Assembly: GCA_964520295.1 (NCBI GenBank)
Contig: CAZFMQ010000001.1
Coordinates: 84,604-148,603, forward strand
Source: an uncultured Candidatus Saccharibacteria bacterium
GTDB taxonomy: Bacteria; Patescibacteriota; Minisyncoccia; Phycocordibacterales; EsbW-18
Direction of reading: 5' to 3'
DNA length: 64,000 bases
The notes beneath the pieces were generated by a model that saw only the letters and a list, made by a program, of their open reading frames with translations, did not search any database and was not told the origin of the DNA. Below are positions 56,298 through 64,000 of this stretch, piece after piece. The position numbers were made by a program, and so were the translations under genes. Each line of letters opens with the position of its first letter. Within the stretch, counting starts at the first letter, position 1.

Positions 56298-57245
56298 ATG
56301 TCATTTTGGAACACACAACACAAACCAAGTATGTGCCTTGCGCCGATGGCGGACGTTACCGACCCGGCATTTCGCCGCTTGATTGCAAAGTACGGCGCGC
56401 TTGATGTGCTGTGGACGGAGTTCGTTTCTGCTGACGGTTTATTCCGCGGTGGCTACGATGCGCTTTCAAAAGATTTGCAGTACAGCGAAGATGAACGACC
56501 AATTGTTGCGCAATTTTTTACCGCGCACCCCGAGTACATGGAAAAAGCAGGGGCGTTGGCACGCGAGATGGGTTTTGATGGTGTTGATATCAACATGGGG
56601 TGCCCTGACCGCTCGGTAATGAAACAAGGTGCCGGTGCATCACTGATTGGCAACGGTTCATTGGTGCAAGAATTACTCGCAGCAACACAACAAGGAGCGG
56701 GCGATGTGCCTGTGTCAGTCAAGACGCGCATCGGCAACACAAAAAATGAATTGGACACGTGGTTGCCGATGCTGTTGGAGGCGCGCGTGTCTGCCATCAC
56801 CGTGCACGCACGTACGCGCAAAGAAATGTCTAAAGTGCCCGCGCAGTGGGAGACCGTTGCACAAGCAGTTGCTATTCGCGATGCATTTGAAAAAAACAGC
56901 GACCACCACACGTTGATTATTGGCAATGGCGATGTTGTTGATTTTGCAGATGCGCGTGCGAAAGCAGAAGCGTCAGGCGCAGATGGTGTGATGCTGGGGC
57001 GCGCGGTGTTTGGCAATCCATGGCTTGGTAATGCGCGCCCCGAAGTGCTTTCGGAGCGTCTCGCCGTACTCGCGGAGCATATACGATTATTTGATGAATT
57101 ACTGCCACACAAATCATTTGCATTGATGAAAAAGCACTTCAAATCATACTTCCACGGGGAGGGGAATGACAAACAATTACTCGCTGCGCTCATGGAAACG
57201 AGGAATGCAGGCGACGCGCTCGCCGTGTTACAATCACACGTATGA
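56298..57245 (+). CDS. dus: tRNA-dihydrouridine synthase
   Basis: LAPMADVTDPAFRRL, FDGVDINMGCP, and TIM-barrel FMN motifs. Start at internal ATG 56298. Confidence 0.9.
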   Translation: MSFWNTQHKPSMCLAPMADVTDPAFRRLIAKYGALDVLWTEFVSADGLFRGGYDALSKDLQYSEDERPIVAQFFTAHPEYMEKAGALAREMGFDGVDINMGCPDRSVMKQGAGASLIGNGSLVQELLAATQQGAGDVPVSVKTRIGNTKNELDTWLPMLLEARVSAITVHARTRKEMSKVPAQWETVAQAVAIRDAFEKNSDHHTLIIGNGDVVDFADARAKAEASGADGVMLGRAVFGNPWLGNARPEVLSERLAVLAEHIRLFDELLPHKSFALMKKHFKSYFHGEGNDKQLLAALMETRNAGDALAVLQSHV

Positions 57246-58279
57246 AGCACGACCACGTAGCGTTGTACCGTAAATATCGCCCACAAGCATTTGCTGATGT
57301 GCGTGGTCAGGAGCAGGTGGTGCGTGTACTAGAGCGCGCGCTAGAGCAGGGGCATGTCGGACATGCATATCTTTTTACTGGCAGTCGCGGTACGGGCAAA
57401 ACATCAGTGGCGCGCATTTTTGCGCGCGCTATTGGCACACAAGACACTGATTTGCACGAATTAGATGCCGCATCTAATCGTGGTATTGATGACGTGCGTG
57501 CATTGCGTGAAGCGGTGAACACATTGCCGTTTTCGTCACCCTACAAGGTTTACATCATTGACGAGGTGCACATGCTCACAAAAGAGGCATTCAACGCATT
57601 ACTCAAAACGCTTGAAGAGCCACCCGCACACGTTGTCTTTATTTTAGCGACCACAGAAACCGATAAGTTGCCCGAGACCATCGTGTCGCGCTGCGAGGTG
57701 CACCACTTCAAACAGCCATCGCGTCAGATTTTGAAAGACCACGTCACCACGGTAGCGGACGAAGAAGGATTTACACTTGAACACGCTGCTGCTGATTTGA
57801 TTGCATTGCTTGCAGACGGTTCATTCCGTGATGCACATGGTATTTTGCAAAAGATTTTGTTTGCGTCATCTGATAAAAAGGTGAGTGTTGATGAAGTATC
57901 ACTTGTTACCGGTGCGCCAAGTAATGCACTCGTCAACGAAGTGCTCTCGGCGTTGCAGGAGCGCGATGCATCAAAGGGAATTGCGGCGCTGGTCAGCGCC
58001 GCAGACGCAGGTGTGGATATGCGTGTCTTCGCCACACTCTTACTTGAAAAACTACGTGCCGTGTTGCTCTTGCGTTACGCCAGCGACATGAAAGAGCGTT
58101 TTGCTGAAGAGTTTTCTCCCGAAGATTTGGCATTGTTGACGACACTATCGGCAAAAGACAGCGCCATTACATCGGCAGTATTGTCGCGTTTTTTGGAAGC
58201 GTACGCGTCAGTAGGACGCGCGCATGTGGCCCACATGCCACTTGAGTTGGCACTTCTTGATTGCGTTGGTGAAAAATAA
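57242..58279 (+). CDS. dnaX: DNA polymerase III subunit gamma/tau, short form (clamp-loader AAA+)
   Basis: YRKYRPQAFADVRGQEQVV, P-loop GSRGTGKTS, DEVHML, and SRC sensor (IVSRCEVHHF). 345 aa. An alternative call is delta' (holB). Confidence 0.8.
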   Translation: MKHDHVALYRKYRPQAFADVRGQEQVVRVLERALEQGHVGHAYLFTGSRGTGKTSVARIFARAIGTQDTDLHELDAASNRGIDDVRALREAVNTLPFSSPYKVYIIDEVHMLTKEAFNALLKTLEEPPAHVVFILATTETDKLPETIVSRCEVHHFKQPSRQILKDHVTTVADEEGFTLEHAAADLIALLADGSFRDAHGILQKILFASSDKKVSVDEVSLVTGAPSNALVNEVLSALQERDASKGIAALVSAADAGVDMRVFATLLLEKLRAVLLLRYASDMKERFAEEFSPEDLALLTTLSAKDSAITSAVLSRFLEAYASVGRAHVAHMPLELALLDCVGEK

Positions 58280-58367
58280 AAGTGCCTAATCGGTCTGGCG
58301 TTCGAATCCTACCCGAACAAAGACCAGCGACGCCTTGGTGCTTCGCACCCAGTCGAAGCTGCTCTAG

Positions 58368-58438
58368 TTGCCGGACTAGGATTCGAACCTAGATACCCTC
58401 CTCCAAAGGGAGGTGTCCTACCATTAGACGATCCGGCA
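58368..58438 (-). tRNA. tRNA-Gln (anticodon UUG)
   Basis: Reverse-complement fold. Acceptor TGCCGGA/TCCGGCA, anticodon stem CCTCC/GGAGG with loop CTTTGGA, T-arm CTAGG-TTCGAAT-CCTAG, discriminator A. CCA not encoded. Confidence 0.85.
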
Positions 58439-58547
58439 GATGCGGCGCCATTGTAACATTTTTAGGCGTGATTGGTATACTATGAGTGAGGGAACAGGGA
58501 ACGGTTCATGGGGAACGGAAATCACATAGCACGTAACACATATCATT

Positions 58548-59282
58548 ATGGCAACAAAAATTATCGCAGGTTTGGCACTCCTCTTTGCACTCGGCGCAGG
58601 TGCCTTTTACTACTCTGAGAAAAACACAGTCAACACACCAGCAGACACCGATGAGCAAGTATTCTGTACCATGGACGCACTCATGTGTCCTGATGGTTCT
58701 GGTGTTGGACGCGTTGGTCCTGCGTGTGCATTCCAAGCATGTCCGCAACAAGCATCATTTGTCGGCGAATTGCAGAGCACAACAGGCGGTTTTCAATTGG
58801 TGTTTGAGCCAACAGACGCCACGATGCCAATGCAGGAGTACACAATGCCACTAATTGTGGAGGATGCAGATGCGTTCAAAAACTTTGTCGGCAAACGAGT
58901 AGTTGTACGTGGTACTTTCACACACGGAAGCACCTACAACGTTGAAAGTATGGAACTTGCTACAGAAGCAAACACTACGCACGGTATTGTTGCACTCGGT
59001 GAGACGAAAGTAATCAATGGTGTCAGCATCACACTCAATGCAGTGACACAGGATAGCCGTTGCCCTATTGATGCGGTCTGTATTCAAGCAGGTTGGGTTG
59101 AAGCAGATGTGACACTCTCACGCGGTCCTGATACAAAAACAGTGACACTTGATTCTCGCGAAACCTACCCGTTCACTATTTTTGATATTGCCATGATTTC
59201 TATTGCGCCTGCACGTATGGCAAGCGAACCATTTGATGACAATGCGTACCGCATTACGTTTGAAGTGACCCTTCGTCGCTAA
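58548..59282 (+). CDS. Hypothetical secreted or membrane-anchored protein with a Cys-rich N-terminal segment
   Basis: Signal anchor [20 protein letters not shown]. Beta-rich. Confidence 0.55.
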   Translation: MATKIIAGLALLFALGAGAFYYSEKNTVNTPADTDEQVFCTMDALMCPDGSGVGRVGPACAFQACPQQASFVGELQSTTGGFQLVFEPTDATMPMQEYTMPLIVEDADAFKNFVGKRVVVRGTFTHGSTYNVESMELATEANTTHGIVALGETKVINGVSITLNAVTQDSRCPIDAVCIQAGWVEADVTLSRGPDTKTVTLDSRETYPFTIFDIAMISIAPARMASEPFDDNAYRITFEVTLRR

Positions 59283-59349
59283 CGCTCCTCAGGGTCTTCG
59301 ACACCCTAGCAAAAGATTAGTGCGAGCCGTACTCTGGTACACTGTGGGT

Positions 59350-59721
59350 ATGAAGCCAACCAGTGAAGCAACACTGAAGCGTGTATATGGATACATCTTT
59401 GCAAATGTGTATCCGATGTATATTGCCAAGGCAGAAAAGAAAGGTCGCACCAAAGAAGAAGTCGATGCGATTATTCGCTGGCTTACGGGATACACACAAA
59501 GCAAACTGAATGCACAGATACAGAAAGGGATGGATTTCAAAACATTTTTTAAAGAAGCGCCTGCACCTAACCCATCGCGCACACTCATCACGGGTATGGT
59601 TTGTGGTGTGCGCGTAGAAGAGATTAAGGACAAGGTTATGCGTGAAGTGCGGTATCTTGATAAACTCGTAGATGAGCTCGCAAAAGGAAGGCCGATGGAG
59701 AAGATTTTGCGAAAGCCATAA
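59350..59721 (+). CDS. DUF2200-like protein
   Basis: [38 protein letters not shown] matches the DUF2200 family pattern. Confidence 0.6.
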   Translation: MKPTSEATLKRVYGYIFANVYPMYIAKAEKKGRTKEEVDAIIRWLTGYTQSKLNAQIQKGMDFKTFFKEAPAPNPSRTLITGMVCGVRVEEIKDKVMREVRYLDKLVDELAKGRPMEKILRKP

Positions 59722-59731
59722 TGAAACACAC

Positions 59732-60037
59732 ATGCTTAAAAAATATATAGCGTATGTAAGAAAGAATCCGGAACGCTACTGGTTCAAGCGAAAGATTTGG
59801 GGGTGGGGCTGGGTGCCGGTGACGTGGCAAGGATGGTGTGCCACAGCATTGTATCTTGTGTTCGTTTTTTTGCTTGTCTATAGCAGAGAAGAGGCAATTC
59901 CAGGCAATCCTGATTCTGGAAGCAATTTCTTAGTGTTTGGACTACCGTTTATTGTGCTCACCGCTCTTTTTCTTCTCATCGCTTATAAAAAGGGGGAGAA
60001 GCCGAAGTGGCAATGGGGAGTACCAAAAGAGAAATAA
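59732..60037 (+). CDS. Hypothetical membrane protein (Trp-rich N-terminus, 2 TM helices)
   Basis: ORF 59672..60037 with internal ATG 59732. Confidence 0.45.
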   Translation: MLKKYIAYVRKNPERYWFKRKIWGWGWVPVTWQGWCATALYLVFVFLLVYSREEAIPGNPDSGSNFLVFGLPFIVLTALFLLIAYKKGEKPKWQWGVPKEK

Positions 60038-60063
60038 TTACTACTAACTAATTTTTTAATGTT

Positions 60064-60507
60064 ATGGAAAAGCTTACGTTCACAACAGTTATCAACGCAC
60101 CGAGAGAAAAAGTGTGGAATACTATGCTTGAAAAAGAGACCTACCAACAATGGGTTGCACCATTTCATGAGGGTTCTACCTATGAAGGGACCTGGGAGGA
60201 GGGAAGCGAAATAAAATTTACCGGACCAAGCGAAGATGGAAGTGTTTCGGGTATGTATGCAGTCATCGCAGCCAATCGACCGCATGAGTTTATATCAATA
60301 AAGCATCAAGGAGCATTCAAAGATGAAGAAAAAACACCATGGCCTGTTGTAGAAGGACAAGAGGGATACGAAAACTATTCATTCAAGGATGTTGATGGTG
60401 GTACAGAGGTACTCGTTGAGTTGCTGGTGCCTGCAGAATGGAAAGATATGTTTACTGACACGTGGCCAAAAGCATTGGCCAAGCTCAAAGAAATCACTGA
60501 AAAATAG
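60064..60507 (+). CDS. SRPBCC-fold protein (AHSA1/Activator-of-Hsp90-ATPase-like)
   Basis: 147 aa. VINAPREKVWNTMLEKETYQQWV..F is typical of the AHSA1/START-like superfamily. Confidence 0.65.
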   Translation: MEKLTFTTVINAPREKVWNTMLEKETYQQWVAPFHEGSTYEGTWEEGSEIKFTGPSEDGSVSGMYAVIAANRPHEFISIKHQGAFKDEEKTPWPVVEGQEGYENYSFKDVDGGTEVLVELLVPAEWKDMFTDTWPKALAKLKEITEK

Positions 60508-60562
60508 TGAGCGTACAAGAGGTGTTATTCAGTAATTTTTTGAAAAGCGATATACTTAATTT

Positions 60563-61114
60563 GTGAATGAAACCGACATCCTTAATTTGATAAAAAGCGA
60601 CCCAGGAATGATGCGAATTCTTGAAGTAGCTGAAAGTATGAATCTTCCTGATTGGTTAATAGGTGCAGGATTCGTTCGTAATAAAGTATGGGATTATTTG
60701 CATGGATATAAGAAGAACACTCCTCCTACTGATATTGATTTAGTTTATTTTGATAAAGAAATTAGATTTAACGAAAAAGAAATTGAAAAAAGACTAAGTA
60801 CTCAAATACCAAATGTTGATTGGGAGGTAGTTAACCAAGCTACTGTCCATGGTTGGAATGAAGAAGAGCCATACACTTCAACCACTGATGCTATATCCAA
60901 ATGGCCAGAAACAGCAACAGGAGTTGGTGTGGCTCTAAAAAACGGTGAGCTTGAACTGGTCGCGCCGTTAGGTATAGATGATTTGGTGCATATCATTGCT
61001 AGACCAACCCCAGCCTTTCAAGTATCTGATAGGAAGAGGGCGAGAGTACAAGAAAGGATTATCCAAAAGAGATGGAAGGAGAAATGGCCGAAACTTCAAA
61101 TTCTTGAGGACTAG
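60563..61114 (+). CDS. Nucleotidyltransferase family protein (pol-beta-type GS...DxD motif)
   Basis: LIGAGFVRNKVWDYLHG...TDIDLVYFD. AT-rich gene. Confidence 0.6.
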   Translation: MNETDILNLIKSDPGMMRILEVAESMNLPDWLIGAGFVRNKVWDYLHGYKKNTPPTDIDLVYFDKEIRFNEKEIEKRLSTQIPNVDWEVVNQATVHGWNEEEPYTSTTDAISKWPETATGVGVALKNGELELVAPLGIDDLVHIIARPTPAFQVSDRKRARVQERIIQKRWKEKWPKLQILED

Positions 61115-61222
61115 TAATTATGCGCATATTGTTTGGGAAAGGGCATAGGTTCTGCTTTTAGTAATCCACAGAATTGAGGGGAGGGGGGTCGGCAGGGCGA
61201 GTGAGTGTGCTATGCTTTTTGT

Positions 61223-61465
61223 ATGACTATCATACCTATTGTTTCCATTGCGCTTGAGGCAGTGATTGCCATTGTGGCACTGTACAGTGCGATGCGCGGG
61301 CGCTCGTACATGGCGGGTCTCGCCGTTACATTTGGTATTTATGTGTATTACGATCTTGCACGGCACTACGCATGGGCGACAGCAGAACAGACGCTTCAGC
61401 TGATGTTCCTCGTTGCGACGGTTGCCGCGTTCTGGTCGGTTATGAGTATCGTTCGTAACAAATAA
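61223..61465 (+). CDS. Hypothetical small membrane protein
   Basis: Two TM helices. Confidence 0.4.
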   Translation: MTIIPIVSIALEAVIAIVALYSAMRGRSYMAGLAVTFGIYVYYDLARHYAWATAEQTLQLMFLVATVAAFWSVMSIVRNK

Positions 61466-61467
61466 CT

Positions 61468-61704
61468 ATGTTTGCATCTATTGGACTTGGTATTGTCGTA
61501 CTTGCGTGGATATCGCAACTCGTTGCATTGATTTCGAAACAGAATCATCGCATTCAACCATTGTTTGTGTTGCTGTATGCGCTTGGTGTTGTACTCCTTG
61601 TCATTGATGGATTTTCAGCAGGGCTCACGACACTTGCGTATTTGAATCTCGCCTCGTTGGTCTGTGCGCTTCTCGTGTTTGCATTTGCAATACGCAGAAA
61701 CTAA
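61468..61704 (+). CDS. Hypothetical small membrane protein
   Basis: 78 aa with 2-3 TM helices. Tightly packed after the previous ORF. Confidence 0.4.
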   Translation: MFASIGLGIVVLAWISQLVALISKQNHRIQPLFVLLYALGVVLLVIDGFSAGLTTLAYLNLASLVCALLVFAFAIRRN

Positions 61705-61709
61705 TACGT

Positions 61710-62285
61710 ATGCACACAAAACAATCAGTGCTCGCCGTGCTCTTGTTAGTTGTGGGTTTTTTTGCAGTGCGCTCGTTTCTCTCGCGGCAACCACACGTAG
61801 GCATATCCACTGAGTATAAGAGTGTTGCGTACATGATTGAGGGACAGCGCATACAACTGGAGCATGGTGTGGCAGAAACTCCGCTTGCACCAGATTCCGC
61901 GTTGAAAAGTATCACCCAGTATTTTGGTAATGAACTCATTACCGATCTTGATGGTGATGGCGACGATGATGTTGCTTTTGTTCTCTCACACACAACAGGC
62001 GGAACGGGTACGTTTTACTACGCTGTGGCTGCACTTGCCACTGAAAATGGCTATGTTGGATCGGATGGTTATCTCCTTGGGGATCGTGTTGCACCACAAT
62101 CAGTGGAGCTTAGTCCAAATCCTAGACATGTATATGTTGTGGTCTTCAACTATGCTGATCGCGCACTCGGCGAGCCGATGGCTGCGCAACCATCAGTGGG
62201 CAAGAGTGTGTATTTGAAAATGGTGCCCGAAACAGCACAGTGGGCAATTGTAGAGCCAGATTTTGAAGGCGAGTCTAATTTTTAG
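61710..62285 (+). CDS. Hypothetical secreted or membrane-anchored protein
   Basis: N-terminal anchor LAVLLLVVGFFAV. DGDGDDD segment. Confidence 0.5.
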   Translation: MHTKQSVLAVLLLVVGFFAVRSFLSRQPHVGISTEYKSVAYMIEGQRIQLEHGVAETPLAPDSALKSITQYFGNELITDLDGDGDDDVAFVLSHTTGGTGTFYYAVAALATENGYVGSDGYLLGDRVAPQSVELSPNPRHVYVVVFNYADRALGEPMAAQPSVGKSVYLKMVPETAQWAIVEPDFEGESNF

Positions 62286-62297
62286 TACAGAAAATCT

Positions 62298-62338
62298 CCG
62301 CGTCTCGCCCTGCACACAGGGCGAGACGCGGGTTTTTT
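62298..62338 (+). terminator. Rho-independent terminator: 15-bp perfect stem CCGCGTCTCGCCCTG/CAGGGCGAGACGCGG then TTTTTT
   Basis: Read directly. Confidence 0.85.
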
Positions 62339-62519
62339 ATATTCAAGAATATCGCCGTGTTGGCGGGAGCGTGCAGTGTGGACAACGCACATGAAGAGCA
62401 TATATGCCCAGCATACATAACGAAAACGGACTTTATAATTTTTTTATCACGCATCCGTATACTGTGCTTCAGATAGTTCGTCATGGTGACGACTGTTCTT
62501 TCACAAAAAGGAGAAGAAG

Positions 62520-64000
62520 GTGCGCACACTCACGCAGTACCTCTGCAAGATCATCATCGGTCTTGCGGTGCTCGCCGGCACGGCCGCGAGTGCCAACGTC
62601 ACGGTCAAACTGCAGGGCAACTACACGGTTACATCTGGCACCACGAGAATCACGGTGCCGCTGACGCTCCTGCAGGCAGGCCACGTCTATACGATGACGG
62701 CGGCTCCTGTATCCGGCAATGTTACCGCGTACGGCGACCCGTATCTCTGGGGCCTCGTGTACAAGGAGGGCTCCACCACTGCGCGTGTCGTCAGTCAGTC
62801 GCGTCACAGCCCCGATCTGGGCGAGCGCGTCTATCTCCGCAAGGAGATGCTGAACTCCGGTGAGAACAAGGCGGAGTTCTGGGCGCGTTGCGAGACATCG
62901 TCCTGCTACATGCGTCTGACGATCTACGAACGTGCCAAGGGTACATTCGACAAACGCACGTTCTATCGTGAGGGCGTCGAGCCCGGTGTCATCGACGGCC
63001 AGTTCTCACTCTACAAGGATTTTTATCATCCAACGGAGAAGAACGGCACATACGGTCTGCAGGTGGATTACCAGACGAATCGGTACATCTATCTCTATCG
63101 TGATGACAACTTCAGCACGAGTGGTATGAACGCGCTGTCGTTCTGGGTGCGGAGCAGTGGTTCCATCGATGATGGCGACTTGTATGTCGCACTCACGACG
63201 AGCAATCACGGCATGATCACGAGCTGGATACCGCTGTCGTACTACGTGGACATGCCACAGAGCCACACGTGGTATCGCGTGCTCATTCCGTTCTCGGATC
63301 TGAACCCCTCGGGTCAATCCGTGCGCGGTCTCGCTGTTCTGAGCACTCATTCCGGCTTCGTGTACTTCGACGACATGGAGTTTGTGTCGACATCGCTTCC
63401 GGAGCCGTTCAAACTACGTCTGCCGGTATCTGGCTACACGCCTTACTCGGTGCCTATCAGTGCTGTGATGGACAACAGCCTCAACACTCCTGGTGTTATC
63501 ACCGCGTACAACGGTCAACAGGGTCTGTTCAGTAACGGTTGTAAGGAGTATCTCGTTTCAGGCTCCTACATCAACTGTTCTGGTTCGGTGAATAATTACG
63601 AGCCTCCGGACGACGTTCTGGGCTACCGTAGGGCCGGTGGTGGGCTGTTTACTCTCGGCATCAACTACAATGACGGTGTGTCTGCAAGTGGAAAGGAATA
63701 TCTTTTCTACGACGAACACACTGGGTACGATTTTGTACCTGCCGGAGCGTCGAATCTCAACGTTCCTGTGTACGCCGCAACCAGCGGAACGGTGAGCTAT
63801 GGGCAGGCACCGTGGAATGAAGTCATCATCACGCACGGTGATGGGTGCTCAACACATTACCTGCACATGATGTATGACAGCTACCTCATTTCAAGCGGGG
63901 TAACTGTTACCAAGGGTGCTCGCATCGGCACAGTCGGGAACACCGGCGGTGTGAGCCCTCATTTGCACTTCACAGTGAAGTGCAACGGTAATCGGGTTGA
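62520..64000 (+). CDS. Secreted M23 family metallopeptidase with a large (~390 aa) N-terminal domain. 3'-partial, running off the window. High GC.
   Basis: Manual translation from GTG 62520 after the SD AAAGGAGAAGAAGG. Signal peptide MRTLTQYLCKIIIGLAVLAGTAASA. C-terminal M23 motifs (YDF...NVPVYAATSGTV; THYLHMMYDS; GNTGGVSPHLHF). No in-frame stop to nt 64000, so it is absent from the ORF track. Confidence 0.8.
   Translation, partial: MRTLTQYLCKIIIGLAVLAGTAASANVTVKLQGNYTVTSGTTRITVPLTLLQAGHVYTMTAAPVSGNVTAYGDPYLWGLVYKEGSTTARVVSQSRHSPDLGERVYLRKEMLNSGENKAEFWARCETSSCYMRLTIYERAKGTFDKRTFYREGVEPGVIDGQFSLYKDFYHPTEKNGTYGLQVDYQTNRYIYLYRDDNFSTSGMNALSFWVRSSGSIDDGDLYVALTTSNHGMITSWIPLSYYVDMPQSHTWYRVLIPFSDLNPSGQSVRGLAVLSTHSGFVYFDDMEFVSTSLPEPFKLRLPVSGYTPYSVPISAVMDNSLNTPGVITAYNGQQGLFSNGCKEYLVSGSYINCSGSVNNYEPPDDVLGYRRAGGGLFTLGINYNDGVSASGKEYLFYDEHTGYDFVPAGASNLNVPVYAATSGTVSYGQAPWNEVIITHGDGCSTHYLHMMYDSYLISSGVTVTKGARIGTVGNTGGVSPHLHFTVKCNGNRV

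Noticed and set aside
56453-57286. 277-aa minus-strand ORF antisense to dus
   Set aside because: Overlaps a confidently identified Dus gene on the opposite strand. Low-complexity Ala/Ser-rich translation.

Overview
This 64 kb window reads as mostly core chromosome from a small-genome bacterium. Gene content (DUF11-repeat surface protein, Gmad2-like and PG-binding secreted proteins, compact operons, many short intergenic hairpins) suggests a Patescibacteria/CPR-like organism, but that is inference only. It uses the standard genetic code: RF2 is present and TGA terminates msrB. Both window edges cut genes.

Recognisable genes on the + strand: AI-2E transporter, TatD, rpsF-ssb-rpsR, efp, P-type ATPase, rmuC, msrA-msrB, prfB-ftsE-ftsX, CaCA exchanger, metG, groES-groEL, lemA-htpX, a GGDEF cyclase, csaA-like plus archaeal-type proS, parB, serS, dus, dnaX. 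On the - strand: recA, ftsK, YqeY, an M23 peptidase, MazG-like, GIY-YIG, glutaredoxin-like, MFS, RNase J, an OppA-like SBP, secG, miaA, rel, topA, dprA.

Ten tRNA genes were found by hand-folding: Met x2, Asp, Thr x2, Gln x2, Ser, Leu, and a tRNA-Thr fragment.

The most notable non-core items are:
1. A lower-GC islet at about 42.4-46.15 kb carrying a frameshifted large serine recombinase, a canonical proline-specific T-box riboswitch, a stand-alone Trbp111/CsaA tRNA-binding protein, an archaeal/eukaryotic-type ProRS and tRNA-Ser.
2. A family of small intergenic repeat elements (perfect GC-rich hairpin plus conserved 'CCTGTGAACTAG...CCCCGTTCCC' tail plus GGGAAC(R)G half-sites) in 3-4 copies. 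Two copies bracket a low-GC gene for a winged-HTH protein, in a cassette-like arrangement.
3. tRNA-associated repeats: a duplicated tRNA 5' end, a pseudo-tRNA fragment, shared 3'-trailer modules, and twin A/T-flanked hairpins.
4. A high-GC, edge-truncated secreted M23 peptidase with a ~390 aa N-terminal domain that is absent from the ORF track.
5. A partial membrane protein at the window start with a C-terminal HEPN-like Rx4H motif.

No CRISPR array, rRNA, tmRNA or RNase P RNA could be recognised.
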